From contig CAWJAX010000003.1 of the NCBI GenBank assembly GCA_963841015.1, forward strand, positions 544,001 through 608,000: DNA of 64,000 nt, given 5' to 3'. The notes beneath the pieces are model-generated. The model did no database searches and was not told the DNA's origin. It saw only the letters and a program-made list of their open reading frames with translations. The stretch is from an uncultured Methanoregulaceae archaeon (lineage in GTDB: Archaea > Halobacteriota > Methanomicrobia > Methanomicrobiales > Methanospirillaceae). A program made the translations under genes and the position numbers. This document shows, one piece after another, positions 41,516-51,815 of the stretch. The stretch's first letter is position 1. Each line of letters begins with the position of its first letter.

Positions 41516-42211
41516 ATGACAACAACGAACGTTCAAAAACCTGTCAAGTGCCTGCTATTTGATATGGACAACACCCTGTTTGACCTTGTAGGGGCCCAGA
41601 TTGCCGCATGCGAGGCAGTTGTACAACATCTCGGGCAGGATAAAGGGGAGGAATTATTTTCCTATTTTTTAACTCCTTCCCATGGATTTGAATCCCATGA
41701 AAATATCCGCCAGTATATGAACGAGAGATGCATCCCTGTTGATGGGTTGTTCAAAAAAGCATGCCATATATACGAAATGGTGAAACTTCAGCACATTCAC
41801 CCTTATGAGGGTGTTACCGGAACACTGCAATCACTTCAACTACTGGGGTATGATATGGGAATTGTGACTGACGCTCATTCCCGGGATGCAACACGTCGTC
41901 TGGAAAAAACCGGGTTGCTGCCTTTTTTCTGCTGTATGGTCACCTATGACATGGTAAAGGTGAAAAAACCTGCACCGGAGCCTTTCCTGTTTGCCCTTGA
42001 GATAATGAAAGCCGGCGCTGATGAGGCAATTTTGATCGGGGACAGTCCACGGAGGGATATCGAGCCCGGCCACATTCTGGGCATCCGGACCGTGTATGCC
42101 CGCTATGGCGACCGGTTCTCCGATGACCGTTCAGATATTCCGGCAGATTTTGTTATTGATGCAATTGCAGATCTGCCGGCAATAATTCACGGACTTGCGA
42201 TAAAAAAATGA
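41516..42211 (+). CDS. HAD-superfamily hydrolase
   Basis: FDMDNTL, KKPAP, IGDS..RDI. Confidence 0.9.
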   Translation: MTTTNVQKPVKCLLFDMDNTLFDLVGAQIAACEAVVQHLGQDKGEELFSYFLTPSHGFESHENIRQYMNERCIPVDGLFKKACHIYEMVKLQHIHPYEGVTGTLQSLQLLGYDMGIVTDAHSRDATRRLEKTGLLPFFCCMVTYDMVKVKKPAPEPFLFALEIMKAGADEAILIGDSPRRDIEPGHILGIRTVYARYGDRFSDDRSDIPADFVIDAIADLPAIIHGLAIKK

Positions 42212-42554
42212 TAACAGCTCATTTTCCCTCTATAAAATTCTGTGCTGGTACCCACAAAAAATCATTCAGGTGTGGAAAGGTCAGGGCCAGTCCATTTTTA
42301 CAATTTTTATTGTACTGGATGAATTGACGCTTTTACCTCTGCTGGAATTATCATATTTCAGGGATACAGAGAAATACGGCGAAATCGCGTGAACATACAG
42401 ATTTATTGAGGAATTCTTCGGATCCCTTATATTGTTCATGGAAATCCCGGAAATTAAAAAAAATGGCGCGATACTACGTATCCTGTATTTATCCTGTGTA
42501 TTTACATCATTTTTGACCAAAACTTAAAGAAATAAAAAGATACAATAAAAAAAT

Positions 42555-43097
42555 ATGTATGTCCCGACCAGGATCTTTTTCACCAAGGGGGTTGGTGTGC
42601 ATAAAGACCGTCTTGCATCCTTTGAACTTGCATTGAGAAAAGCCGGGGTTGAAAGGTGCAACCTTGTATACGTTTCGAGCATCTTCCCTCCAAAATGTAA
42701 ACAAATATCAAAATCAGAAGGATTGAAATGTCTCCAGTCGGGGGGTATTACTTTTTGTGTCATGGCAAGAAATGAGACCAATGAACCGAACCGCCTGGTT
42801 TCAGCCGCAATTGGCCTTGCCCTACCCAGTGATTCCGAGGAATACGGGTACTTATCTGAGCACCACGCTTTTGGTGAAACACAGGAAAAGACCGGCGAAT
42901 ATGCCGAAGATCTTGCAGCTACCATGCTTGCAACAACCCTTGGTATTGAATTTGATGTAAATGCTGCATGGTCAGAGCGGGAGCAGACCTATAAAGCGAG
43001 CGGTAAGATTATCAAAACCCAGAATGTGTGTCAGTCTGCTGAGGGGGACAAGAACGGTCTCTGGACAACAACGATCGCCGTAGCAGTCTTTTTATAA
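42555..43097 (+). CDS. pdaD: Pyruvoyl-dependent arginine decarboxylase
   Basis: FFTKG.G...SFELALR.AG....NLV.VSSI.PP (Ser-Ser self-cleavage site), GYLSEHH. Confidence 0.92.
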   Translation: MYVPTRIFFTKGVGVHKDRLASFELALRKAGVERCNLVYVSSIFPPKCKQISKSEGLKCLQSGGITFCVMARNETNEPNRLVSAAIGLALPSDSEEYGYLSEHHAFGETQEKTGEYAEDLAATMLATTLGIEFDVNAAWSEREQTYKASGKIIKTQNVCQSAEGDKNGLWTTTIAVAVFL

Positions 43098-43190
43098 CCT
43101 TTTTTTAACGAAAAAATGGTTAAAATACCTTTTCCCTGATAGTATTCCTGATAATTTTTTTAAAAGACAAACCATTGGAGCCTTAAAAAA

Positions 43191-43964
43191 TTATTCTGAT
43201 TTTTCTTGTCTTTCGTGCGCACGTTTTTGGATTATCTTAGCAAGATTCAGCACAGCAACACGGGCAGGACTGTCAAACGGGATCTGTGAAACCGGTGTGG
43301 CCGCAAGATCCGCGGTTTCGACGTGGGGATCATCAGGAATTATGGCTATAGGTTTTTCATTGCCAATATCAACCGGTGCAGTACCTGATTTGAAACGGTT
43401 GAAAACAATCTGAATTCGTTCCGGTTCAAGCCCAAGCTGCGTTGCGATATCCTTAATGCGGGCAATTGTACGCAATCCCCGTGCACCAGGATCACTCACA
43501 ATGAGCAGCATATCCGGTTTTCCGATCGTTCCCCTGCTGATATGCTCCATGCCAGCCTCTGTATCAATGATGATAAAACGGTAATCGCGCTCAAGCTGAA
43601 TCATACATTCTGAGAGCAGGTCATTGGCAAAACAATAACAACCGCTCCCCTCCGGTCGGCCCATTGCTACAAGATCAAAACCCTTCGCTTCGACAAGAGC
43701 CTGCCGAAACCGGAACCTGACATAGTCGTGGCGATTCATGCCCGGGGGAATATGACGGGTGAATGCTTCCTCCCGCATGCTCCCCAGGGTTTCGTGGACA
43801 GTAACACCCAGCGCTTCATGCAGGTTGGCATTCGGGTCCGCATCGACTGCAAGAACAGGAGTTTCTGCCAGATCAATAAGCGAATGGATCAGCAGTGAAC
43901 TGATTGTGGTCTTGCCGGTTCCTCCTTTTCCTGACAAGGCGATGGTAAAGGGATGTTTTAGCAT
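43191..43964 (-). CDS. acsF: CooC/AcsF-type nickel-insertion ATPase
   Basis: SGKGGTGKTT, DADPN.NL, MGRPEG.GCYC, DTEAGMEH.SR; last gene of the ACS operon. Confidence 0.88.
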   Translation of the reverse strand: MLKHPFTIALSGKGGTGKTTISSLLIHSLIDLAETPVLAVDADPNANLHEALGVTVHETLGSMREEAFTRHIPPGMNRHDYVRFRFRQALVEAKGFDLVAMGRPEGSGCYCFANDLLSECMIQLERDYRFIIIDTEAGMEHISRGTIGKPDMLLIVSDPGARGLRTIARIKDIATQLGLEPERIQIVFNRFKSGTAPVDIGNEKPIAIIPDDPHVETADLAATPVSQIPFDSPARVAVLNLAKIIQKRAHERQEKSE

Positions 43965-43993
43965 ACTATGTCCTGTTTGGTTCTGACGCAGGG

Positions 43994-45035
43994 TTATGCT
44001 CCGGTTTCTTTATCCCGTATTCGTCGGGATATCTCAGCTGCGGTTTTCATGATGGCAAGGGAACCATTCCGGTCAGCAAAACGTATCCCGCAGCTGGGTG
44101 TGATGAGAGACTGTGCGTCAAAAAGGTGTTCCGGCATGCATGAGCATAGACGGGTCCTGATAGCAAGATACTTCTGATAGAGGGTTTCGAGGTTCTCGGC
44201 AGCAAAGATTTTGTATTCTGCCGGGACAATCCCCCATGCCACAACCCCACCCTGCTCCATATCAGCTTACAATGGAATCAGCGTACAGCAAAAATTCCTT
44301 TGCTGTTGCGTAAGCATCGACAGATACAACTGAAGGATTGAGCCCCAGCACAAATTCCCAGTCCGTATTCGAGCAGCAGTGTATCCCAAGCCCACCTTCA
44401 ACCAGTGCAGCAATGTCTTCCCAGCCTGCTCGTACGGTTTCTTTATCGACTGGCACCACTGAAGATCCCAGTGATGCAAGATATGGCTCATTCAAAACAA
44501 CGAGTGTTTCTGTAACGCCGGTTCTTTTTCTCATCTCACTCTCACACCATCGTGCCTTGAGTGCAATCATTTTCGACAGCACATCAGCAAGCTGCGTATC
44601 ATAGTAAATCGGGCGTTTGTTGGCATCGACAACCTGCATGCCAAAGGTGACCGGCCCGGTGACCTGGCATTTCAGCACCTTCGCATGAGACAGGGAATGA
44701 GACATCATTTCGATAAAACCGGATGCATATTCCTTATGCAGTCCGTAGGGGATGTAATTGCCCTCAACATAATCCATGTATACCTGTTCCATCGCCTCTG
44801 TCTGATCCGTTGTACTGTCAAAAAGAAGCCGGTCATCCCTGATGATCCTTCCTGGCAACTGCTCGGAATCATTAAAGACAATACTTTCCAGCTGACCCCG
44901 ATCCGGAAGGGTAGGCACATACGGAAACTCGGCAAAGATCTCCAGAACATCACTGCATGCTGCCGCCGGATCCGTATGGGGAAGCGCACCTACGCCGGTT
45001 GCCAGAGAGTGGGGAGATGGGATCATCTTTGCCAT
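43994..45035 (-). CDS. Core (folate-independent) methionine-synthase-like Zn methyltransferase, MesB-like, frameshifted at ~44262
   Basis: TGVGALPHTD, K.QVTGP.T, NEP, GIHCC.NTDW, S.DAY, AWGIVP, ITPSCG. Removing one base joins ...SIVS to (Y)MEQGG.... Confidence 0.8.
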
Positions 45036-45039
45036 AAAT

Positions 45040-46941
45040 TTACTTCCTCCTGAGCCGACAGGATTCGAGGAGTTTCTGGACCCTGGGGAACATGGTGAGA
45101 TCCGTGTGAGGTAAAAATGTACTTGAAGTGTACTCATCCATAAATGATGCCTCCGCATTCAGTTCGATGTACGCAATTTTACCGGCGATCTCATCGAGGG
45201 TTTTTCTCTCTCTCCGGTTAATAAGCGCAAGATTTGCGCCCGTAACTGCCCCGTTGCCGATATTTTTAATCCGATCTGCGTCTATCTCCGGGATCAGGCC
45301 AATAATTGTCGCATTTTTCTTGTCCAGATAATTGCCAAATGCACCGGCTACATAGATAGTAGCGATTTCGTGTCGGGTCACCCCCGCCTGTTTCATCAGC
45401 GTTACACAGGCAGCATGAATCGAAGCCTTGCTCATGATCAGGTTTTTGATATCATTTTCAGTGATTACGATATCTTTTCCGATATCGGTCTCACTGGCCC
45501 AGACTACAACATACTCCGGGAAATGAGGACCTGTGCGGATTCTTTTGTTTTCCAAGCTGGAATTTATCCTTCCGGTCCGGTCAATGACGCACGCTGAAAA
45601 AAGTTCTGCAACCAGGTCGATTAATCCGGATCCGGTAATGCCCCGTGGTTTGATGTTGTTTATTGTGCTGAAATGAGGATCGAGGGTCACGGGGTTGACC
45701 TCAATCTTCTCTATTGCACCGGGATTTGCCCGCATACCAAAGAGCACTTCACCTCCTTCAAGTGCCGGTCCGGCAGCACCGGCACAGGAAAACATCCATT
45801 CTTTGTTACCGAGCACAATCTCGAAGTTGGTGCCGATATCGATTAAAAGCGAGACCTCTTCGCGTTCATGCATACCGCAGGAAAGGATGTCAGCGATAAT
45901 GTCCCCCCCGATAAAATCGCTGACAGCAGGAAAGGCAAAGAGCCCGCTATTCTGATTAATGGCAATGCCAATCCTTGCTGCCGCTACAGACAGAGCCCGC
46001 TGAACTACCGGAACATAGGGCTCCGCGATAATATACGCTGGATCTATCCCGAGAAGCATATGCGTCATTACCGTATTACCAGCAACCACCACTTCATAAA
46101 TATCCTCACGGTCGATACCCGCGGTATTTGCAGCAGAGGTAAGTGCTGCATTGATGCTCTCTACAGCGAGGGCCTGGAGTTTTGTAAGCCCGTTTTTCCG
46201 GGCAAAATTCACGCGTGCGAGGATATCTTCTCCACAGCTGATCTGCCGGTTATAGTTCGAGGCAACAGCAACTACCTTGCCATCCACCAGATCCCAAAGA
46301 TAAACAACTACCGTCGTAGACCCGAGATCTATCGCAGCACCATAAATATGTTTTGAGGTATCATTCTCCTGGAGATCAATAAGGCGGTAGCCGCCCGGGA
46401 CGAGGGCAATTGTCCCGGTAACTTTCCAGTCACTATGACGAAGGAGTGTCGGGATTTCACGCATTACTTCAAGAGGTACATAAATTTTCTCTGCAACAGG
46501 CCCGCCACTTTTCTGGATACCCCATAAAAGCCGGGTGAGATCCGGTGATGGATCGGTGAGTGTTGGTGGCTGGAGCTCGACATAATATTTTCTGACAGAT
46601 GGATGAATCTCTATGCCGGTATCCCGGCCTGCGATCAGAATTTTTTGTTCCTGGATCAGGGTACTCTCGGGAACCAGAACCTGCAAATCGCCTTGCACTA
46701 TAGTTGTACAAGCAAGACATGCCCCTTTTTTCAGTTCATCCTCGTTAAAAAACTGCGAATATTTCTGCCGGTCAAATTCCGTTTTTCCTGATTGTACATA
46801 GACAACACACTTGCCACATTTTCCCTGTCCGCCGCAGACAACATTTATGTTCAGTCCTGCTCTCTGGGCAGCATCAAGAATAGTGCTGCCACGTGCTACG
46901 TCAATTTTGCGATAACTCGGAAGAAAGGTTACCGTGCGCAT
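45040..46941 (-). CDS. acsV: ATP-dependent reductive activator of corrinoid proteins (RACo/AcsV; 2Fe-2S plus ASKHA)
   Basis: CGGQGKCGKC...LAC, DLGSTT, N.Q...GEDI..R, GNTVM.H, DIGTN.E, AGPALEG, AGAFG. Confidence 0.92.
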   Translation of the reverse strand: MRTVTFLPSYRKIDVARGSTILDAAQRAGLNINVVCGGQGKCGKCVVYVQSGKTEFDRQKYSQFFNEDELKKGACLACTTIVQGDLQVLVPESTLIQEQKILIAGRDTGIEIHPSVRKYYVELQPPTLTDPSPDLTRLLWGIQKSGGPVAEKIYVPLEVMREIPTLLRHSDWKVTGTIALVPGGYRLIDLQENDTSKHIYGAAIDLGSTTVVVYLWDLVDGKVVAVASNYNRQISCGEDILARVNFARKNGLTKLQALAVESINAALTSAANTAGIDREDIYEVVVAGNTVMTHMLLGIDPAYIIAEPYVPVVQRALSVAAARIGIAINQNSGLFAFPAVSDFIGGDIIADILSCGMHEREEVSLLIDIGTNFEIVLGNKEWMFSCAGAAGPALEGGEVLFGMRANPGAIEKIEVNPVTLDPHFSTINNIKPRGITGSGLIDLVAELFSACVIDRTGRINSSLENKRIRTGPHFPEYVVVWASETDIGKDIVITENDIKNLIMSKASIHAACVTLMKQAGVTRHEIATIYVAGAFGNYLDKKNATIIGLIPEIDADRIKNIGNGAVTGANLALINRRERKTLDEIAGKIAYIELNAEASFMDEYTSSTFLPHTDLTMFPRVQKLLESCRLRRK

Positions 46942-47061
46942 GATGATCTGACCTTAACATTACCATTGGTAAGAGAGATAAGAAATATGCTACGGTGATT
47001 ACCCTGCCGTTTTTTAAAAATATAATGCAAATACCCGACAGAAATTTTTTACCCTGGGTTT

Positions 47062-48405
47062 TCAGGATTCAGGCTTCTTCCACTCCTCATGCAGATATTC
47101 TCCGATTTCTGCTGCATCGCGGGGTCCGACCATCACCTTCCAGCCGGTTGCTTCTTCAATCCTGCCTGACAGCGGTGCGGAATAGCCCGGGATAATCAGC
47201 GTTTTGTGAGACACTTCCTGCTCGACACTAAATTTCCTGATCGAATCACGCACCAGCGTTTCATTCAGTTTTCCTGCAGCTACCGCAGTCAGCACTGAGA
47301 GACCTTCTGTGTCGACAATCAGCATAAAACAGGGAATGCGGGTGGACTCCAGGTAACCCTGGAGAGTAAAAAATGTCAGAGAGAAATTCACCGTCAGGAG
47401 AACCGGGGCATCTTTTCCCGGGGTTCCTACACGGTACAGTCCGGGATTCATCTGGATCGGTTTCTGGGGATCCGTGTAAATGTTCTGGCGAAGCGTCAGG
47501 GCGGCTTTGGCGGATGCAGGGGAAAGCGGCTGTGTAATAATTACCGATGCATATTTAACGATGCCCAGTGCGATTTCAGCATCCTGAAGAGGAGGCTGTG
47601 TGGCATCCATAAACACGGGATACCCAAGATCCGGTACTGTACGCGTGATTGCCAGCTGCCGGACAGAGGTTGATGTAATAACAAAATCACCAAGGGATTG
47701 CGGGCAAAGATCCATGACCAGTTTCTTTACCCCTTCACCAACACAGTTTTTTACAAGACAGGTAAGGTTCTCCAGTCCATGAGCCTTAATGACAAGAGGA
47801 CAACTGTGTTTTTTGGCGAGAGCACATATTTCCCTGAAATTTTCATTCGTGGCTGCGTGAAGCAGGGGTTGATAGCTGCCGACCTGAATAAGAGCCTCAT
47901 TAAACGCTTCGATATTCCTTGATATCAGCACGAGAGGGAGATCTGCTGATTCCTCGACTATGGCAACAGCTCGTGCGAATACATCCGGTGAACCGCTGGT
48001 ATTTTCAATTGCAATACCATTAAACCGCAGATCGGTGCCAATACGGGTGAATGATTCGTCCCTGACCCTGACTGTTACCGAAGTGATCTCTTCAGGTGAC
48101 CAGGTATCTGATACCCTGAAGAGGATCCCCGGAGGATGATAGAAGGTCTTGTCATGGCGGTAAAGCACAAATTCCTCACCAACAGCAAACGACCGTTCTC
48201 CCACACCAACGTTAACCAGCTGTATGGGGGGCCGCGTGGTTGCACCCAGCACAGACTTTGCCTGTTCGTCAAGATACGGGCAGAGATCCACATCCGCTTT
48301 TCCGCTGGCGAGCTTCATCGCAAACGTAAGGCAGGTGGGATCGCCACATTCCTTGCAGTTCTTTTTCGGCAGAAGTTTGTAGACATCAAGTGCTTTGAGC
48401 GCCAT
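47062..48405 (-). CDS. acsC: Corrinoid iron-sulfur protein large (gamma) subunit
   Basis: LPK.NC.ECG.PTC..FA...CP, RQNIYTDPQKP, T.NFSLT, GLSVLTA.AAGK, IIPG, VGPR.A. Confidence 0.95.
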   Translation of the reverse strand: MALKALDVYKLLPKKNCKECGDPTCLTFAMKLASGKADVDLCPYLDEQAKSVLGATTRPPIQLVNVGVGERSFAVGEEFVLYRHDKTFYHPPGILFRVSDTWSPEEITSVTVRVRDESFTRIGTDLRFNGIAIENTSGSPDVFARAVAIVEESADLPLVLISRNIEAFNEALIQVGSYQPLLHAATNENFREICALAKKHSCPLVIKAHGLENLTCLVKNCVGEGVKKLVMDLCPQSLGDFVITSTSVRQLAITRTVPDLGYPVFMDATQPPLQDAEIALGIVKYASVIITQPLSPASAKAALTLRQNIYTDPQKPIQMNPGLYRVGTPGKDAPVLLTVNFSLTFFTLQGYLESTRIPCFMLIVDTEGLSVLTAVAAGKLNETLVRDSIRKFSVEQEVSHKTLIIPGYSAPLSGRIEEATGWKVMVGPRDAAEIGEYLHEEWKKPES

Positions 48406-48407
48406 TG

Positions 48408-49364
48408 CTATTTCACCTCTGAAAAAGCCGCAACGCTTCTCATGTCAGTAAACGCTTTTTTTAGCAAACCGACCGTTTTTGGATGACGGACACAGATAAT
48501 CTCGGCACCGGCAACGGCAGCGGCAATCCCCGTATAAAATTCCCACTGGATGGCCATCTCATCCTGCAGGGCAGGCTCAGATTCCCTTACTTCTTTTATC
48601 GTAAGTGAATCGATAGCAGAACAGATTACCGGCATGGCAAGATCGGTGTCCCCTTTCAGTGCAGAAAACCTGATCCGCTCCATGGCTGAATAGGAATATT
48701 CAAACCCATAACCGAGTGCACCGGTATAGGGATCGATCATAATATGATCGTGTTGCACCCCAATCTCCCTCAGCAGGATATTGAGTTGCTTTGCGAGGTT
48801 GACATCAATGGGAGACTGGGCAATTAGTGAGTGGTTATAGGCAAGAGCTGCTGCTGCAATACTCCGGTACCTTCCTGCCTCGGCGGTTCCCAGGAGAAGT
48901 CTTTCTCCCTGGCCGGTCTCACCACACTTCAGAAAAACCTCGCTGTCGATTTTAGGTTCATTGCTCCCTTCAATGATGAGCGGGAGACCGGTCGCTGAAA
49001 GCACGGCTTCCACGGTTTTTCCGACAGTGGAAACATCAGCAAAATTCCGCTGTCGTGTACTGGTCAGGTAAAGGCGAACCAGATCCGCCTTGTAAACCGT
49101 TTCAGCAGCCTTCGCCCAGTCATGCACATTATTTACCAGATCGCCACAGTAATTTCTGATGATCGGCGACCAGTATTCCGGGTTATCGCAGATTTCTAAT
49201 GCTACAAGTGGTGATGTAGATGCTGGGTTTCCATCAAGGAACGGGAGGGTTGTTCCCCCACCTATGCGGTAAGAAATGGATCTTGTTCCCCCTTCTGCTC
49301 TGGTGGCTCCAAGAATTACCTGACCGATAGCGCCATTCCAACCAAAATTAAGATCATATCCCAT
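48408..49364 (-). CDS. acsD: Corrinoid iron-sulfur protein small (delta) subunit
   Basis: GG...LPF, SPIDVNLAKQLN, DP.TGALGYGFEYSYS.MERIR..AL.GD, RHP. Confidence 0.93.
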   Translation of the reverse strand: MGYDLNFGWNGAIGQVILGATRAEGGTRSISYRIGGGTTLPFLDGNPASTSPLVALEICDNPEYWSPIIRNYCGDLVNNVHDWAKAAETVYKADLVRLYLTSTRQRNFADVSTVGKTVEAVLSATGLPLIIEGSNEPKIDSEVFLKCGETGQGERLLLGTAEAGRYRSIAAAALAYNHSLIAQSPIDVNLAKQLNILLREIGVQHDHIMIDPYTGALGYGFEYSYSAMERIRFSALKGDTDLAMPVICSAIDSLTIKEVRESEPALQDEMAIQWEFYTGIAAAVAGAEIICVRHPKTVGLLKKAFTDMRSVAAFSEVK

Positions 49365-49373
49365 ACTATCTCC

Positions 49374-51404
49374 TCACACGAGCGGTTTCATCTGGAGTGC
49401 CGGATGTTTTACCCGTTCAAGGTAGGAGATCAGGTCTTCAATAGAGGTCGCATTTGTCTCATCCGCGATCTTGTCAAAGAGATCCGGTTTATTCTTGATC
49501 CATAAGTTTTTTTACCAGCTGGTTTTTCAGCTCCTCTTTAGCTGGAAAGGCATCCAGACAAGGCGTTCGATGCCTCCGTCTCCCTGCAGGAACCGGTCGG
49601 AGAGAATATAGTTTTTTGAGATGCCGGCAAATCCCGGTGTCTGAGCCCCACCGCCAATAGTTCCGGCAAGCGTTGAGAACGTCATCCCCGAGGGGGTGAT
49701 ACCCTTAAATTCCCGGTTGACTATCATGATCCCGTTCACTTCGGGAAGCATCAGGGCGATACATTCAAAACAGCCACAGCACGTCATCGGGTATTCCATC
49801 ACACTATACAAAGAGCAGCGGTCAATCTCGCCGTGACTTGCCTTTTTAACAAATTTGTTGACTCCTTCAAATTCCCCGTTCTGGGTGTTTATGACCGCTC
49901 CCTTTTCGATCGGCTGATTGGCACCGGAGGGTGCTATCTCATAGGCAATTTTTCCATCCAGCCAGCTTATCGCCCCGCAGAGAGCGGGGTGTTCAGGAGT
50001 GATAACGCAGACATGGTTGGGGGCAAAGGTCTGGCAGAGCGTGCAGGAATAATAGGTGTTCACCTCTGCATCCCGCATTCCTTTGATGCGTGCATCCCGC
50101 TCTGCATATACCCTCTCTGCATCTTTTTTTGCTGCCAGCACCTTTGCTTCATCGGTAATAAGCGTAACAGATACTGCATCAAGAAGCTTGGGGAAATCCA
50201 TGCGGAACTTGCTTGCCAGCAGCTTACCGATATGCTCAATTTTTACCCCTTTTGCGACGACCTCTCTGGAGATTCTCACCCAGATGATATCCCGCTGGGC
50301 AACATGCCAGGATCCTTCCCCATAATTTACAAAATTATGGATCCGCCGCTCAAGAACCGGTTCGTAATCTTTTTTCATCGTCTTCCCGGCTACATCGATG
50401 ACTATTGCAAGCGGGTAGGCACCACCCTCCTTCATCATGTCAATCTCAGGACCGATAACGGTCACCTGACCGTCGGTTATCTCGTCTGCGGAACGCATGC
50501 GCAAAAGTTCAAAGGCAGGAGACCGTCCCCCGCCAAATTCGACATACATCTCCTCTTTCCGGATGCTCTTTCCCTCAAATGCAGGTGAGCACCCCATAGG
50601 GATGGGGATGGCAGTCACATTCACCTTTATTCCTTTTTGCTCCATCCCCTGACGCACAACCTCTTCAGGAGTTGCGGGTATCCAGTCGCCTCCCTGATAA
50701 TCCCCGAGTGACAGGATGGGAAAACCAAGGACTCTCATCCCATCAACCAATGCAATTTCCTGGTCAGAAAGCCCGGGAAATGCAATCACAATCGCTTTTG
50801 CCCGTTCCTTGGCGTACGCGAGAAGACGGGATAAATCACCCGGAGTAACACCCCCAAACATCATTGCAACCCGTGCAATGACATCGACAAAATGAATCCC
50901 GTATGCCGGTGTCGAACCAAGCGGGATAAGACGATATTCGAGTCCGAGCTTCACTCCGGCATGGGAAAGGGATTTGACAATATCGCCTGCAAGGAACGTA
51001 AGCATGTATTTTTCCTGCAGTTCCCGGCAAACAGCAGAAACGCTGTCTGCACCCGGGGGGGTGCCAACAACAAGGGCAAGCCCGAGGATACTGCCATCAA
51101 CAAGGGAGTACCCAAGTTTCCGGATTATGGTGTCATCGATAAAACCGGTATAAGGAGCAGGTTCCCTGCCTTCAGCTGCTGTTTTCTCCGCAAGAATGCA
51201 TTCCGATGCAACGAGGGGATTACCATCAGTCTTTCCAAACACGGCAAGTGCTGCTTTCTGGTCATGAACAGCTATTCCGGTAAGCGCAAACGAGATGGGC
51301 AGGTGATAGGCGGTTTCGTCATAAGAAAGTGAGTGTCTGATTGTGGTGAGCATCGTTTTAAGGTGAGTTTCACCGTTTTTTTTCGCTATTCCCAAATCTG
51401 TCAT
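49374..51404 (-). CDS. acsB: Acetyl-CoA synthase, bacterial (AcsB) type, about 676 aa; two compensating indels near 49500-49540
   Basis: A-cluster ligands YSCTLCQTFAPNHVC...LCGA...PMTCCGCFE; N-terminal TAYHLP/TGF..D domain; manually read C-terminus DKIADET.AT..EDL..YL....HPALQMKPLV* ends at 49374. Confidence 0.93.
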
Positions 51405-51815
51405 AGAATTATTCCTTCTGATTATGGGTTGCCCGGTAGTATTGATATAGTTTCGTCAAAGGGTAAGCCAGTATTTTTTTCCTCCCAGACGACAATTCAC
51501 CAGCAATTTGGTGATAACAATAGGTATCATCTCTATGCTAGCCTGTTTAACAAGAGAGTTGATAGTGAATATTTTACACAAAAATATCTATTTTTCCTCT
51601 TATCATGGTCCTGGTATTGGTAGCTGTCATTCAACCGGTGCTCGTATTATCTACTGAACGCAGGAGACAATAAAAAAAATAAGTGCGTTTTTTCGTTTTT
51701 CAGGTAATTTCTCCGTTCATGTTTGAAAAAAAGAGATATCCTGAATAATTATGATTTCTACCGTAATGTATATCGGAACTCCCATCCAAAGTTAAGGCAC
51801 ATCCGGTGGACATCT

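Noticed and set aside
44262-44264. TGA in the mesB-like gene as a recoded codon
   Set aside because: The downstream half is in a different frame, so this is a one-base insertion rather than readthrough.
49505-49530. In-frame TGA and TAA near the end of acsB as possible selenocysteine or readthrough
   Set aside because: The alternative frame gives the expected LKEELKNQL helix, so two compensating indels explain it, and no Cys is expected at that position.
49833-50588. 251-aa plus-strand ORF within acsB
   Set aside because: Antisense shadow with no independent evidence.
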